IMG/VR virus record: IMGVR_UViG_3300044614_001923
Source of the DNA: a virus
Lineage: Duplodnaviria; Caudoviricetes
Direction: 5' to 3' (one strand)
DNA length: 64,000 nucleotides
Shown piece by piece: positions 35,075-45,306 of the stretch (its first letter is position 1; the number at the start of each line of letters is the position of its first letter). The position numbers were made by a program, and so were the translations under genes. Below the pieces are notes generated by a model. The model was not told the origin of the DNA. It did not search any database and saw only the letters and a list, made by a program, of their open reading frames with translations.

Positions 35075-35407
35075 AAATAATATAGGATAAATATTCAGTT
35101 GTCTAGGTTCTGGTCTCTTGACCACTTGATTACAATACCACCGTTTGATCTCTGGGGGGGAGGTTGGTGGACGCTTAGGAAACTGTCACAGACAACAAAA
35201 AAGGGGAGAGAAACTAAAAGTTTCCTCCCCTGTCTTTTTGCTTTTATGGATTACATCTTACATATGTTTTTCCATATTCGCAAACAGGGGAGTGCCCTCA
35301 ATATGCCAATAGCGGCAATCAAGAGTACTAATCTGTTTGTTCATTTGGAAAGACATTGTTTTCGACCTAAGTATGTTTATTTATAAGACTTTTCAATAAA
35401 AAGTCAA

Positions 35408-35481
35408 CGACTCAAGTAGGACTCGAACCTACGACCGACTGCTTAGAAGGCAGTTGCTCTATCCATCTGAGCTATTGAGTC
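35408..35481 (-). tRNA. trnR: tRNA-Arg(TCT)
   Basis: ACTGC-CTTCTAA-GCAGT. Confidence 0.95.
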
Positions 35482-35519
35482 ATGAGACAATTTTATCCGA
35501 TATGAATTCAATTGTCAAG

Positions 35520-35602
35520 TAGGACGAGAGGGACTTGAACCCTCACAGGCAATGCCCGACAGATTTTAAGTCTGGTGTGTCTACCAATTCCACCACCGTC
35601 CC
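35520..35602 (-). tRNA. trnL: tRNA-Leu(TAA)
   Basis: CCAGA-CTTAAAA-TCTGT; long variable arm; no intron. Confidence 0.95.
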
Positions 35603-35628
35603 GCAAAATATACCTCTTAGAGAGGTAA

Positions 35629-35721
35629 TAGGAGTGGAGGGACTCGAACCCCCAACCGCACGGTAATCTGCCGTATACGGAAGGTATAAGCTTCCCGCTC
35701 TGCCAATTGAGCTACACTCCC
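35629..35721 (-). tRNA. tRNA with TAT anticodon and ~25-nt extra arm (Ile-like, identity uncertain)
   Basis: GGAAG-CTTATAC-CTTCC followed by TACGG-CAGATTA-CCGTG arm; 93 nt. Confidence 0.75.
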
Positions 35722-35808
35722 TTGTGTACTGACCAATAATACCATTTAATTGGATTGATTGTCAAGTGTTAAGTCTCGGAGATCTCTGAAACCAACTTAA
35801 TAAGAATA

Positions 35809-36258
35809 TCACTTTTTGGGGCAGTTGTCAACCCATGGAGAACAGAGTCTCATTTCTCCTCCAAGTTTTTTACACTCTTCAGTGTAGCATAAAGAATTAT
35901 CAATTGGTTTCTCTATGTATGTAGGTGAAGGTACTTTAACTATTCCACTATCTCCAGTTAAACGTTCATAATCTCTGATTGCTTTATCAACTTCCAATTC
36001 TACTCTAGATTCAATTTCTTTTTCTATATCTTTAGGTTTTGGTATTTCTTGTGTCAATCCAAAGTGTTGGATAATAGCATTATATATTTTCCATAACTGT
36101 TTTTCATCCATTTTTAACCATCCAGATAAACCAGATATTAACAATAAGATTACAGAAGAAATAATAAATCCCTTCACATATTTTGGACTTAATGTTGGCA
36201 ATACTTTTAATTTACCTTCTTTAACTTCAAATAATTTAAACATTATTGATTCTCCCAA
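35809..36258 (-). CDS. Hypothetical membrane-anchored protein
   Basis: One TM segment; Cys-rich C-terminus. Confidence 0.7.
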   Translation of the reverse strand: MGESIMFKLFEVKEGKLKVLPTLSPKYVKGFIISSVILLLISGLSGWLKMDEKQLWKIYNAIIQHFGLTQEIPKPKDIEKEIESRVELEVDKAIRDYERLTGDSGIVKVPSPTYIEKPIDNSLCYTEECKKLGGEMRLCSPWVDNCPKK

Positions 36259-36545
36259 AAATCTTCTAGTGCTTTATCTATCAGATCATCTGGTGGAGTA
36301 TAATTTTGTTTATCTCTTAGTTTCTTAGTATCAAAAGTTAAAATTGGAGTAATAGTTCCATCATTTTCAACTCTAACCTTTGCACCAAATGCATTTCCTT
36401 TTGGTTGAATGTTTAGAGTATTTGCAGATTCTAATGAAACTTCTATTTTATCGTTACTTGCTTTTAAATAACCTGCTTTTGCAAGAAGATCAACTGCATC
36501 TTTTTCTGAATCGGGAAGATTATCTATTCCCATGATATTGTCCAA
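36243..36545 (-). CDS. Hypothetical protein
   Basis: 100-aa ORF. Confidence 0.65.
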   Translation of the reverse strand: MDNIMGIDNLPDSEKDAVDLLAKAGYLKASNDKIEVSLESANTLNIQPKGNAFGAKVRVENDGTITPILTFDTKKLRDKQNYTPPDDLIDKALEDFWENQ

Positions 36546-36867
36546 TGGATCTTTATATATTTATTTCTAAGATCTTTAAAGCTTCTTATAACTTATCTTC
36601 AACCCTAACAAAGGTATTTTAATTAGATATTATAGGTCTGTCAAGCAGATTAAGGTCATAAGGACCAACGGAGACCAAATATCAGATACGCTCTAAGACC
36701 TCTCAGAGACGCTCTGAGGGCACTCTGAGGCGCTGTGAGAGGGTTGCTACGATATCAGTTTTATAGGGATTATCTACTTCTTCTTACCAAATTTAAAATT
36801 AAACATAAAAAAAGAGGAGTAGCAACCGCTCTCCTCTATTTATTATTCAGTTGTATATTCTATTGTA

Positions 36868-37530
36868 TCAAACTTCTACCGTGATCAGTTTGGAAGCATA
36901 TTCATGAGCATACGATGTGCGAGCACCATGATGCCCCCAACCAATCCAACTATACGCATAGTCCATGTAACGATTGATAGACTTACCAGGAGTTTTCATC
37001 CTGTCTTCAATTCGTTTCCATTGAACTTCAGTCGTTAGATAACGAAGTTGCGTTGGAAGTGCTGATGGAGAACCACCAAACTTCTTAGCGAAATCACCCA
37101 ATCCATAATAACGATCGGCAGATGTCCATTGAATCAGTCCGTAACCACGTCCGCAGTTACTCCAACTGGTTCTACTACCACCTTCGCAAATGTTAGGAAC
37201 AAAAGTTGATTCCTGACGAATATTGCCCATGATGGTAGCAAGGGCGTTTCTGTCTTTAATACCACGATCCTGGAAGTATGCCAGGGTAGCATTCTCATGT
37301 TCATTACACCCTTTACAAATTAACCTTGTCTCTTTAGGCTTTTCGGGAGCAACCTCGCGGATTGCTGTCTTCTTTTCATCTACAAGATCAAATTCTTTAA
37401 TAATGGAAAAGGGTTTATTTTCCACTGGTGGTGGAGGACCTTGCATCTTGTAGTTGACGAATGGCAGTGATGCCGTACTGGTTGTAACCGCAGCCATAAG
37501 AGGCAGGGCTACTGTAAAGAAATTTTGCAC
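36868..37530 (-). CDS. Signal-peptide-bearing lysozyme-like protein (phage tail lysozyme 2 type); GTG start
   Basis: ALATIMGNIRQES, GYGLIQWT, QLRYL. Confidence 0.75.
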   Translation of the reverse strand: MQNFFTVALPLMAAVTTSTASLPFVNYKMQGPPPPVENKPFSIIKEFDLVDEKKTAIREVAPEKPKETRLICKGCNEHENATLAYFQDRGIKDRNALATIMGNIRQESTFVPNICEGGSRTSWSNCGRGYGLIQWTSADRYYGLGDFAKKFGGSPSALPTQLRYLTTEVQWKRIEDRMKTPGKSINRYMDYAYSWIGWGHHGARTSYAHEYASKLITVEV

Positions 37531-37697
37531 TAATTTAAATTGAACTCTACATCCGTATAGGCAAAGGAGAAGTTCCCCTTCTCAGGGGCAGCGCCCACGG
37601 CTCTAAATGACACTCAAAGTCTCATAATAAAAAAGATCCACATAGTTGTGAATCTTAACATAATAAGTTAATATTTAGGATCTGTCAAGTGTTTGGA

Positions 37698-37916
37698 TCA
37701 CCGAACATCAATCTCCTGATCTCCAAAATCATCTTCCAACTCCAAACACATATAATTCAGATCCTCTTCTTCTTCTAGATCAATCCATTCTGAAAATTCT
37801 TCAGAAATTGCAATTGCATTAAGATGGTCTTCTGTATTTTCAGATTCTGACAACTGGTGAATACGGTCGATTGACCAATCACGGACTTGAATCGCCGCAT
37901 TAATCGTTGTTTCCAT
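37698..37916 (-). CDS. Acidic hypothetical protein
   Basis: METTINAAIQVRDWSIDRIH...; start set at the internal Met. Confidence 0.65.
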   Translation of the reverse strand: METTINAAIQVRDWSIDRIHQLSESENTEDHLNAIAISEEFSEWIDLEEEEDLNYMCLELEDDFGDQEIDVR

Positions 37917-38346
37917 AATAATCTTTTCGGAAGTACCTTGAGAGGATGTTGCTATTGTAGAACGCTGGGGTTCCATCGTCAAGGGATTCTGTGAGGACAT
38001 TATTTGTGAAGAGTTGCTTTGTCTCTTCAAAGTTTGTTTTGCCCTTTGTTTTATGTAATGAGAGGATAGTTCTACTAAAACTTTCCCTACCATATTTTTC
38101 AACGTCTTCTTTAAGCTCTGGACAAGACCCATAGTATTTTTTCCAATCAGATTCAGATTTTACTTTTCTTTTCTTTCCCTTAGGCGTTCTAAAAGAGAAG
38201 AAGTACTTCCTCCCAATATATCTCCTTCCATTGGAATTATTGGTAATTAAATAAACAAAACCAAAATATTCTCCAATATTGGCGCTGCTAAAAGGATTTC
38301 CATTATAGATCCATGGATTCTCATAGTCAATATCTATACTCATCAA
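37900..38346 (-). CDS. GIY-YIG-like endonuclease
   Basis: GFVYLITN...YIGRK...ESDWKKYYGS. Confidence 0.8.
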   Translation of the reverse strand: MMSIDIDYENPWIYNGNPFSSANIGEYFGFVYLITNNSNGRRYIGRKYFFSFRTPKGKKRKVKSESDWKKYYGSCPELKEDVEKYGRESFSRTILSLHKTKGKTNFEETKQLFTNNVLTESLDDGTPAFYNSNILSRYFRKDYYGNND

Positions 38347-38488
38347 TTATATCAAGAACTTCATTGAGATATTTATGAGCAAGTCCTTTCATGTCCATGT
38401 CGTGTCTAACATGTTCCTTATAAAGTTTATCCTTTAATCCTAAAATACGAACTTTCAATTCATCTTTAACTAATTGATTTTTAGGCAT
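38327..38488 (-). CDS. Small hypothetical protein (53 aa)
   Basis: Manual translation MPKNQLVKDELKVRILGLKDKLY...HKYLNEVLDIIDEYRY*. Confidence 0.6.
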   Translation of the reverse strand: MPKNQLVKDELKVRILGLKDKLYKEHVRHDMDMKGLAHKYLNEVLDIIDEYRY

Positions 38489-38640
38489 AAAAAAAGAGGA
38501 GTGCTACCTCCTCTATCTATACAACATCATTATGTGTTTTACCTAACCATTCAGTTTGATAATCATAATCTCCAAACAAATATTCATCACATTCTGCTGC
38601 TTCTTGATATGCGTTCAGGATTTCCTGTTCACACCATTCA

Positions 38641-39822
38641 TCATAATTGGAATCCTGCAAAAGTATTTTTGGTAACATCTTGTTTAATACCCCCAACAAC
38701 ATATGATTCTACCTCCGTTTCCTGGGGTGCCACCTGGAGACCTTTAGAGGAAATCCAGTGCTGAGTCCAAGGAAGTGGGTTATTGTTTGCTGAAATATCA
38801 TATTGGGGCTTTAGCCCAATTGCTTTAATTCTTCTATTTGCGATCCACTCTACGTACTGCTGAAGAAGTTTATCATTAAGACCGATCATGCTTCCATCCT
38901 TGAACAGATAATCTGCCCATTTTTTTTCTTCATTTACAGCAAGATCGAACATTTTGTATGTCCACTCTTCTTCTTCCTTCATAATTTGCTTCATTTCTGG
39001 ATCATCACCATCACGCCATTTATTCAGGATGTTCTGAGTAATAGCTAGATGTTGGTTTTCGTCTCTTGCGATAAGAGAGATGATTTTAGCGGATCCTTCC
39101 ATAAGCTTAAGTTCACCGAATGCGAAACTACAAGCAAAACTAACGTAGAACCTAATACCTTCAAGAATGTTAACGTTTGCGACTGCTCTATAGAGTTTTC
39201 TTTTAACATCATTGATCGTTTCTTTTGCATTGGAAACACCTTCAAGCCTGAACATCCAATCATTAGATGTTCCATAACTTTGTGCTGACTGAATAAAGTC
39301 ATCATAAGATTCTGTCACGCTCTTAGCTCTTTCAAGAATACGTTCATCTGTGATGATAGTATCAAATACCTCAGATGGATCTGAGTATATATTCTTGATA
39401 ATGTAAGTATATGAGCGACTATGGATCATCTCCATAAATCCCCATACTTCCATACACGCTTCAAGTTCTGGCAAAGAACAGTAGGGAATAAATGCCATAC
39501 CAGGACCACGACCCTGAACAGAGTCAAGCATGATCTGATACTTTAGATTAGAAGTATAGATATGCTTCTGCTCAGGACGCAGGGTTTGATAATCTCCACG
39601 ATCCTTCTGGAGAGATACCTCTTCAGGTCTCCAGAAGTATCCGAGTTGTTGAGTAGTCAGTTTATCAAAGATTGGATACTTATAAGAATCATATCTTTGA
39701 ATTCCAAGTGGTTTGCCAAAAAACATTGGTTGTTTTTTGGTATCTACCTTTTCAGTGTTAAAAACTGTCATTCCTTTAATTTGGGTTTGATTTTCCTCTG
39801 CTGAAGAAATTTTAAACTGCAT
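38641..39822 (-). CDS. nrdB: Ribonucleotide reductase class Ia, beta subunit
   Basis: FWRPEEVSL, EMIHSRSY, LEGIRFYVSF, ARDENQH, QVAPQETE. Confidence 0.97.
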   Translation of the reverse strand: MQFKISSAEENQTQIKGMTVFNTEKVDTKKQPMFFGKPLGIQRYDSYKYPIFDKLTTQQLGYFWRPEEVSLQKDRGDYQTLRPEQKHIYTSNLKYQIMLDSVQGRGPGMAFIPYCSLPELEACMEVWGFMEMIHSRSYTYIIKNIYSDPSEVFDTIITDERILERAKSVTESYDDFIQSAQSYGTSNDWMFRLEGVSNAKETINDVKRKLYRAVANVNILEGIRFYVSFACSFAFGELKLMEGSAKIISLIARDENQHLAITQNILNKWRDGDDPEMKQIMKEEEEWTYKMFDLAVNEEKKWADYLFKDGSMIGLNDKLLQQYVEWIANRRIKAIGLKPQYDISANNNPLPWTQHWISSKGLQVAPQETEVESYVVGGIKQDVTKNTFAGFQL

Positions 39823-39856
39823 ACTCTCCTCCTTTCACATGAATTATTTAATGGTT

Positions 39857-42160
39857 TTAAATTTTGCAAGATTCGCAATCATCTTCACTATCTGACGCTA
39901 GGATCTGACTAATTAGCGAATCCATTTTTTCTTTGGTATCATCAACTACTTCATCAGTTTTAATGTCATAAGTATTTTGATAATATGAAGTCTTCCACCC
40001 GTACTTATATGTTGTTAAGAAGTCTTGTGCCATTACGCTAACAGGAACTTCATTATCTGGGTAATTTTCTGGATTATAGGACCAGTTTCCAGAAATCGCT
40101 TGATCGAAGAACTTTTGCATAATAGCAACAATATGTATATACCCACGATTGCTAGGCATATCCCACAGAAGCGTATAATTGTTCTTAAGTGTTTGATACT
40201 GAGGAACAATTTGCTTAAGTGGACCTTTCTTCGACTTCTTAATGGACAAGTATCCACGAGGTGGTTCGATTCCATTGGTTGCGTTTGACACAACGGAACT
40301 GCTCTCCGATGGCATCTGTGCGGACAGTGTCGAATGTCGCAGTCCATATGCCAAAACACTGGCACGTAAACTTTCCCAATCATGTTGCAACTCAATAGAA
40401 GAAACTTCATCTACATCTTTTTTATAAGTATCAATTGGAAGAATACCATCAGCATACTTTGTACGACCAAAATATTCGCAATGACCCTTTTCCTTAGCAA
40501 GTTGATTAGATGACTTAATTAGATAATATTGGAAAGATTCGGAAAGTCCATGAACGGCATCCCATGCTTCTTGAGAGTCATAATTAAATCCAAGTTTTGC
40601 CAAATAGTGCGCTAACCCAATAAATCCTATACCAAGTGAACGACGTGCCTTAGTGGCGATTTCTGCCGCCTTTACAGGGTATTTCTGGTAGTCAACCAAT
40701 TCATCAAGACCGCGTACTGAAAGATCACAAAGTTCTTCAAGTTCTTCATCAGACTTCACTTTACCAACGTTAATTGCAGAAAGAATGCAAAGTGCAATTT
40801 CGCCACTTTCATCATCAATATGTTGAATTGGATAAGTTGGTAGAGTAATTTCTTGGCAGAGATTGCTCATCTCAACTTTATCCTTAAATGAAGAATGAGA
40901 ATTGCAATGATCAATATTCATAATGTAAATACGACCAGTTTCTGCTCTCTCTTTTAAAAGATCCAGAATGAGTTCTTGAGCTCTGATAGTTTTTCTTGGA
41001 ACAGATGTATCTCGTTCATAATCCACATACATATCGTCAAATCTATCAGTCCCAAAAGCATCATACAGACCAGGAACGTCATGCGGAGAGAAGAGTGTGA
41101 CCTCTGCATCTTGGATAAATCGTTCATAGAAGAGTTTACTGATTTGGATAGAGTAGTCTAACTTGCGGACTCGGTTATCTTCAGTTCCTTTGTTATTTTT
41201 TAATACTAGGATATCTTCTATTTCTTGGTGCCAGATTGGGAAGTGGACTGTCGCGCTTCCTCCTCGTATGCCATTTTGCGTACAGCAACGGACAGTTGCT
41301 TCAAACTTTTTGAGAAATGGTACAACGCCAGTGTGCTGGACTTCACCACCTCTAATTTTAGAGTTGATGCCGCGGATTCGACCTGCGTTGATACCAATTC
41401 CTGCTCTTTGAGCAACATAGCGACCAATTGCCATATCAGAACTGAAGATACTGTCAAGGGTATCATCAACATCAACAAGAACGCAACTTGCAAATTGGCG
41501 AAGTGGGGTTCTAACACCTGCCATGATTGGTGTAGGAATGTTGATTTTGTGCTTTGAGATTGCGTCATAATACCTCTTTACATATGACATTCTGGTTTCT
41601 TTTGGATACTCTGCAAAAATTGTCAGAGCAATCATCATGTACATAAACTGTGGAGTTTCATATACTCCACTAGTGCTTCTATCTTGCACGAGGTACTTGT
41701 CAACGACTTGACGTAAACCTGCATAAGTGAAGAGATAGTCACGATCATGATCAATGAAACTATTAGCCCGTGCAATTTCTTCTTTAGAGTATTTGATGAA
41801 AATCTCACTATCATACACTTCAGCATTCACACAATTATAAATGTGCTGTTCAAGATTGGGAAGTTCTTTCATCTTCCCGTAAAGTTGTTTACGTACAGAA
41901 AAAAGAAGTAGGCGAGCAGCAACATACTGATAATTTGGATGATCAAGATCAATCAAATCAGATGCGGAACGAATAAGGATCTCTTGGATCTCTGCTGTGG
42001 TAATTCCATCATAAAATTGAATACCAGAAGTCATCTCAACTTGACTCGCAGAGACGCCTGCAAGACCTTTACACGCTTCTCCAACCATCAAATGCATCTT
42101 ATCTAGGTCAAGAGGCTCAATGCGACCATCCCTCTTGTTAACTTTTGTACCGTTGCTCAT
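39857..42160 (-). CDS. nrdA: Ribonucleotide reductase class Ia, alpha subunit (ATP cone)
   Basis: TPIMAGVRT, QFASCVL, SNLCQEI, QMPSESSS. Confidence 0.98.
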   Translation of the reverse strand: MSNGTKVNKRDGRIEPLDLDKMHLMVGEACKGLAGVSASQVEMTSGIQFYDGITTAEIQEILIRSASDLIDLDHPNYQYVAARLLLFSVRKQLYGKMKELPNLEQHIYNCVNAEVYDSEIFIKYSKEEIARANSFIDHDRDYLFTYAGLRQVVDKYLVQDRSTSGVYETPQFMYMMIALTIFAEYPKETRMSYVKRYYDAISKHKINIPTPIMAGVRTPLRQFASCVLVDVDDTLDSIFSSDMAIGRYVAQRAGIGINAGRIRGINSKIRGGEVQHTGVVPFLKKFEATVRCCTQNGIRGGSATVHFPIWHQEIEDILVLKNNKGTEDNRVRKLDYSIQISKLFYERFIQDAEVTLFSPHDVPGLYDAFGTDRFDDMYVDYERDTSVPRKTIRAQELILDLLKERAETGRIYIMNIDHCNSHSSFKDKVEMSNLCQEITLPTYPIQHIDDESGEIALCILSAINVGKVKSDEELEELCDLSVRGLDELVDYQKYPVKAAEIATKARRSLGIGFIGLAHYLAKLGFNYDSQEAWDAVHGLSESFQYYLIKSSNQLAKEKGHCEYFGRTKYADGILPIDTYKKDVDEVSSIELQHDWESLRASVLAYGLRHSTLSAQMPSESSSVVSNATNGIEPPRGYLSIKKSKKGPLKQIVPQYQTLKNNYTLLWDMPSNRGYIHIVAIMQKFFDQAISGNWSYNPENYPDNEVPVSVMAQDFLTTYKYGWKTSYYQNTYDIKTDEVVDDTKEKMDSLISQILASDSEDDCESCKI

Positions 42161-43131
42161 ATTTTCTTCCAGGTAGTAAATTTAAGTTTTGCTTCTAATC
42201 CAGAATAAGTATTCAATTCTATCACAGACTGAACATCCAGTCCAGATAATATCATCTCATTAATATCCTTTTCTTTTATTGTTGAAGGCCAGATGACAAC
42301 TTTTTGTCCCATTTCGATAACGCGGGAAATTCTTGATAGGATTTCTCGATTACGTGGTTCGTTATCATATATCCAAATAGGATCGCTAATACCCCACTTA
42401 CCAACATCACCATCAGCTCCACAAAGAGCAATCGCGTTTGAAATGAATGTTGAGTCAAATGGACCTTCGGTAATGTAAATTGGTTGTGCTTCATCGATTT
42501 CATCTAATCCGTAAACTTTTGGCGCATTATCATTGAGCATGATAGTTATGTATTTAATTTTTGAAAGACCTAATGCTCTTCCCTGAAGTCCTATTAAATT
42601 TTTCTTATAATATAGAGGAATGATAATTCTTGGTTCATCATGCTTAATATCATCAAAAGTTGGTTTTAAAGTGTTTACCCACTCTTTAAAATTTTGCGCG
42701 TAATAGAATTTATTCGGGTTTAATTTTCTACTTTTTAGATAAGCATCAGAGTCAGGATTCTCTGATGCTTTTGGTAAGTTAATATTTTGTTTGAACTTTG
42801 GTTCTTCAAAATTAAATTTTGGTTCATTAGAAACAAAGTTTTTTCCTGTTTTTCCTTCTTTAAACTTTTCAAAAATATATTGTTTATGTATTTCAATATC
42901 AATATCTTTCAAAAAGTTATTAAAGGATATGTTTAATCCGCAGTTATGGCATTTATAATTTGTATTATTTTTTACAGTATAAAGATATCCTCTTGCCTTA
43001 TTCCTATTCTTTTGAGAATCTCCACAAATAGGACACCTGAAATTGTAAAGGTTATTTTTGACCTTTTTAAACTTTTGAAATCTAGAAGAAATCAAACTGA
43101 TGTACTTTACATCAATAAAATCCATAACCAA
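42157..43131 (-). CDS. DNA primase (T4 gp61-like)
   Basis: FRCPICGDS, CHNCG, ITEGPFDS, YDNEPRN. Confidence 0.95.
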   Translation of the reverse strand: MVMDFIDVKYISLISSRFQKFKKVKNNLYNFRCPICGDSQKNRNKARGYLYTVKNNTNYKCHNCGLNISFNNFLKDIDIEIHKQYIFEKFKEGKTGKNFVSNEPKFNFEEPKFKQNINLPKASENPDSDAYLKSRKLNPNKFYYAQNFKEWVNTLKPTFDDIKHDEPRIIIPLYYKKNLIGLQGRALGLSKIKYITIMLNDNAPKVYGLDEIDEAQPIYITEGPFDSTFISNAIALCGADGDVGKWGISDPIWIYDNEPRNREILSRISRVIEMGQKVVIWPSTIKEKDINEMILSGLDVQSVIELNTYSGLEAKLKFTTWKKI

Positions 43132-43331
43132 TACTTAACTGTAAGTACTCTACTCCAGAGAACGTGAAGCGTCAAGGATCCCAATTCACAAATATTGTTT
43201 TGAATAAAAAGAAATTATACTTGTCCACTTTACGACAGAATTCGTAACCTTTTGTAGAGAATAAGTGGTAAGTAATTTTTTTGCTTTGTTCTTGTATTCT
43301 TTTTTCATTTGGCAATTATGCCAACACTAAA

Positions 43332-43760
43332 TTATTTATTTTTTATTTGTACTTGAGGAGAATCTGTGGTTAAAAAGTCTACCACCATATGCGATTGTGA
43401 AATAGCAAATGATACAACAGCAAAAACTCCAACAACAATCCAGCGATACTTTCCAAATTCTTCTAATTTGGATTCTACTTTTTCTATTCGTTGTATTACA
43501 GCTTTATGATCTTCTCTATTTTCAGATTTTAATTCTTCAATCTGCTTTAAAAAATTCTCATCATTTCTGATAGTTTGATCTATTCTTTCATCATGTTTTG
43601 TGAGAATTGTTGCTATCTTATTATTTGCTTCAGAAATCTTGTTAACTGCTACTTCCAACTTGTCCATCATTTGTCGTGATAGTTCTTCGTAGATATTAAA
43701 TTTTGCTTCCAAAACATCCAATTTCGATAGGTCTGCTTTATTTCCGTTAAAAGGTGACAT
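43332..43760 (-). CDS. Coiled-coil protein with C-terminal TM segment
   Basis: Heptad pattern followed by WIVVGVFAVVSFAI. Confidence 0.7.
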   Translation of the reverse strand: MSPFNGNKADLSKLDVLEAKFNIYEELSRQMMDKLEVAVNKISEANNKIATILTKHDERIDQTIRNDENFLKQIEELKSENREDHKAVIQRIEKVESKLEEFGKYRWIVVGVFAVVSFAISQSHMVVDFLTTDSPQVQIKNK

Positions 43761-43816
43761 TGTTTCTTGTATTAGATTATGTTATATGTCACCATATTTC
43801 ATTACCTAAAATTTAT

Positions 43817-44041
43817 TTATTTTTTAAATGATTTTACCCAATTTCTATATGTAACAGGAACTTTACGATAATCAACTTTTCCTTTTTTCCCAGTATATGC
43901 GCTAGTAATTCCAACTGGAAGATCTCTTCCTGCTGTGGGACCCAATGCTGAAGATTGTGATCCGAATCCACCTCCAGTAGACGGTGCATTTGCAACCATC
44001 ATTTCTCTCAATAATTCTATTACTTTATCTATCTTACTCAT
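43817..44041 (-). CDS. Hypothetical protein
   Basis: 74 aa, Gly-rich. Confidence 0.65.
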   Translation of the reverse strand: MSKIDKVIELLREMMVANAPSTGGGFGSQSSALGPTAGRDLPVGITSAYTGKKGKVDYRKVPVTYRNWVKSFKK

Positions 44042-44420
44042 CTTTTTTATAGATAGTTTGCAATTGCTTTAGGCAATTCAAATCAACTGGAATATCATGA
44101 ATATAACATTTTGGAAATTGAGGTAATCTATTTAAAAATAGAATAAAGGTCTTTATTTGAGACCACATATCCTTTTCAATTTTAAAAAACAACATTGGAG
44201 TAGTTGCCTCTCCAAAGATATTATAAAGAACTATAAAATGATTAATTAACAGGTGAGTACGAAGCTCACCTGTTTTTTTATATCTCTTCAGAAGACGTTT
44301 AATATACTTAAAATGATTTAGATCTTTATCAAAATCATCTCTAGTTACTGCCTGAGGATTTTCATAATTTTTAATAGCAAATAACAAAAAGTTATCTTCA
44401 TTCAATTCATTAAAGATCAT
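44034..44420 (-). CDS. Conserved T4-like cyanophage protein
   Basis: FLLFAIKNYENPQ...HLLINHFIVLYNIFG. Confidence 0.8.
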   Translation of the reverse strand: MIFNELNEDNFLLFAIKNYENPQAVTRDDFDKDLNHFKYIKRLLKRYKKTGELRTHLLINHFIVLYNIFGEATTPMLFFKIEKDMWSQIKTFILFLNRLPQFPKCYIHDIPVDLNCLKQLQTIYKKDE

Positions 44421-44427
44421 ATACTAA

Positions 44428-45195
44428 TCAAGCAGCGATTGTAAGAGTTGTTGTTCCAATACCAACACCTGATGTTGTACCTGCACCAGCAACATTTCTT
44501 AGAATGTCTGATGCAAAGGTCTTAGTTACAGCACCACCACCAGAGAAATCTGTGATAGTTCCGACCACACCTGCAGCAAGATTAATTGTCAGTATAGTTC
44601 CAATACCAGCACTTCCACAGGTAAATGCAAACGCAACACGGTTGCTAATTTGACCATTGAATGTTGTGTATGTGGTAAATCCTGCGTTATTAGTGTATGG
44701 ATAAACTCCAGATGGTGCAAATACTGATGATGCGGTTGCAACAACAGATGTGGTAACAATACCAAGAGTATTAACACCAACTAGCAATACAGTTGCGCCA
44801 GCACCACAGAATACGGTCTCATTCCATACAACATGGACATAAGCGGTTTGACCATTTCTTCTAATTCTATTGGTCGCTCCAGCGCCAATAGAAATAGGTG
44901 ATGCTTGATTAGGATCCTCAAAGAAAACAGCAACTGGGGTTGCTAATCCAAGTCCTCTTGAATGAGAACTGATGCCAGTTGTGTTTAAACCAGATACTGG
45001 AACCAAAACTTCATCATAGTAACTTGTTGAGAGTCCAGAATTTTCTGTAGTTCCGTAACGTCTATAAACCCAACCACGAACATCGGCAAAGCAATTCCAA
45101 GGCGTATTATTTCTATCTGCATCTGACAAATGCTTTGGAATATTATAATTATTTGCCGCTGTTTCAGTGGTTGTTGAAATGCCCCAGAGTGCCAT
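44428..45195 (-). CDS. Virion structural-type protein
   Basis: MALWG N-terminus; Thr/Gly-rich. Confidence 0.6.
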   Translation of the reverse strand: MALWGISTTTETAANNYNIPKHLSDADRNNTPWNCFADVRGWVYRRYGTTENSGLSTSYYDEVLVPVSGLNTTGISSHSRGLGLATPVAVFFEDPNQASPISIGAGATNRIRRNGQTAYVHVVWNETVFCGAGATVLLVGVNTLGIVTTSVVATASSVFAPSGVYPYTNNAGFTTYTTFNGQISNRVAFAFTCGSAGIGTILTINLAAGVVGTITDFSGGGAVTKTFASDILRNVAGAGTTSGVGIGTTTLTIAA

Positions 45196-45306
45196 TCTTT
45201 TTACCTTTACTAAACTAAAATTTATCTATGAGTATTTATAAAGAAGGAGACCTTTAGATTTGGTCTCCTTAGATTAATATTTAATTTCTTATAATCTATA
45301 AAATAA

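Noticed and set aside
34022-35386. ORF-track ORFs overlapping the tRNA cluster
   Set aside because: They are translations of tRNA genes or spacers with no protein-like features
28833-35721. Recurring GGTTCGA/TCGAACC repeats that might suggest a CRISPR-like array
   Set aside because: They are tRNA T-loops; no constant repeat with unique equal-length spacers was found in the window
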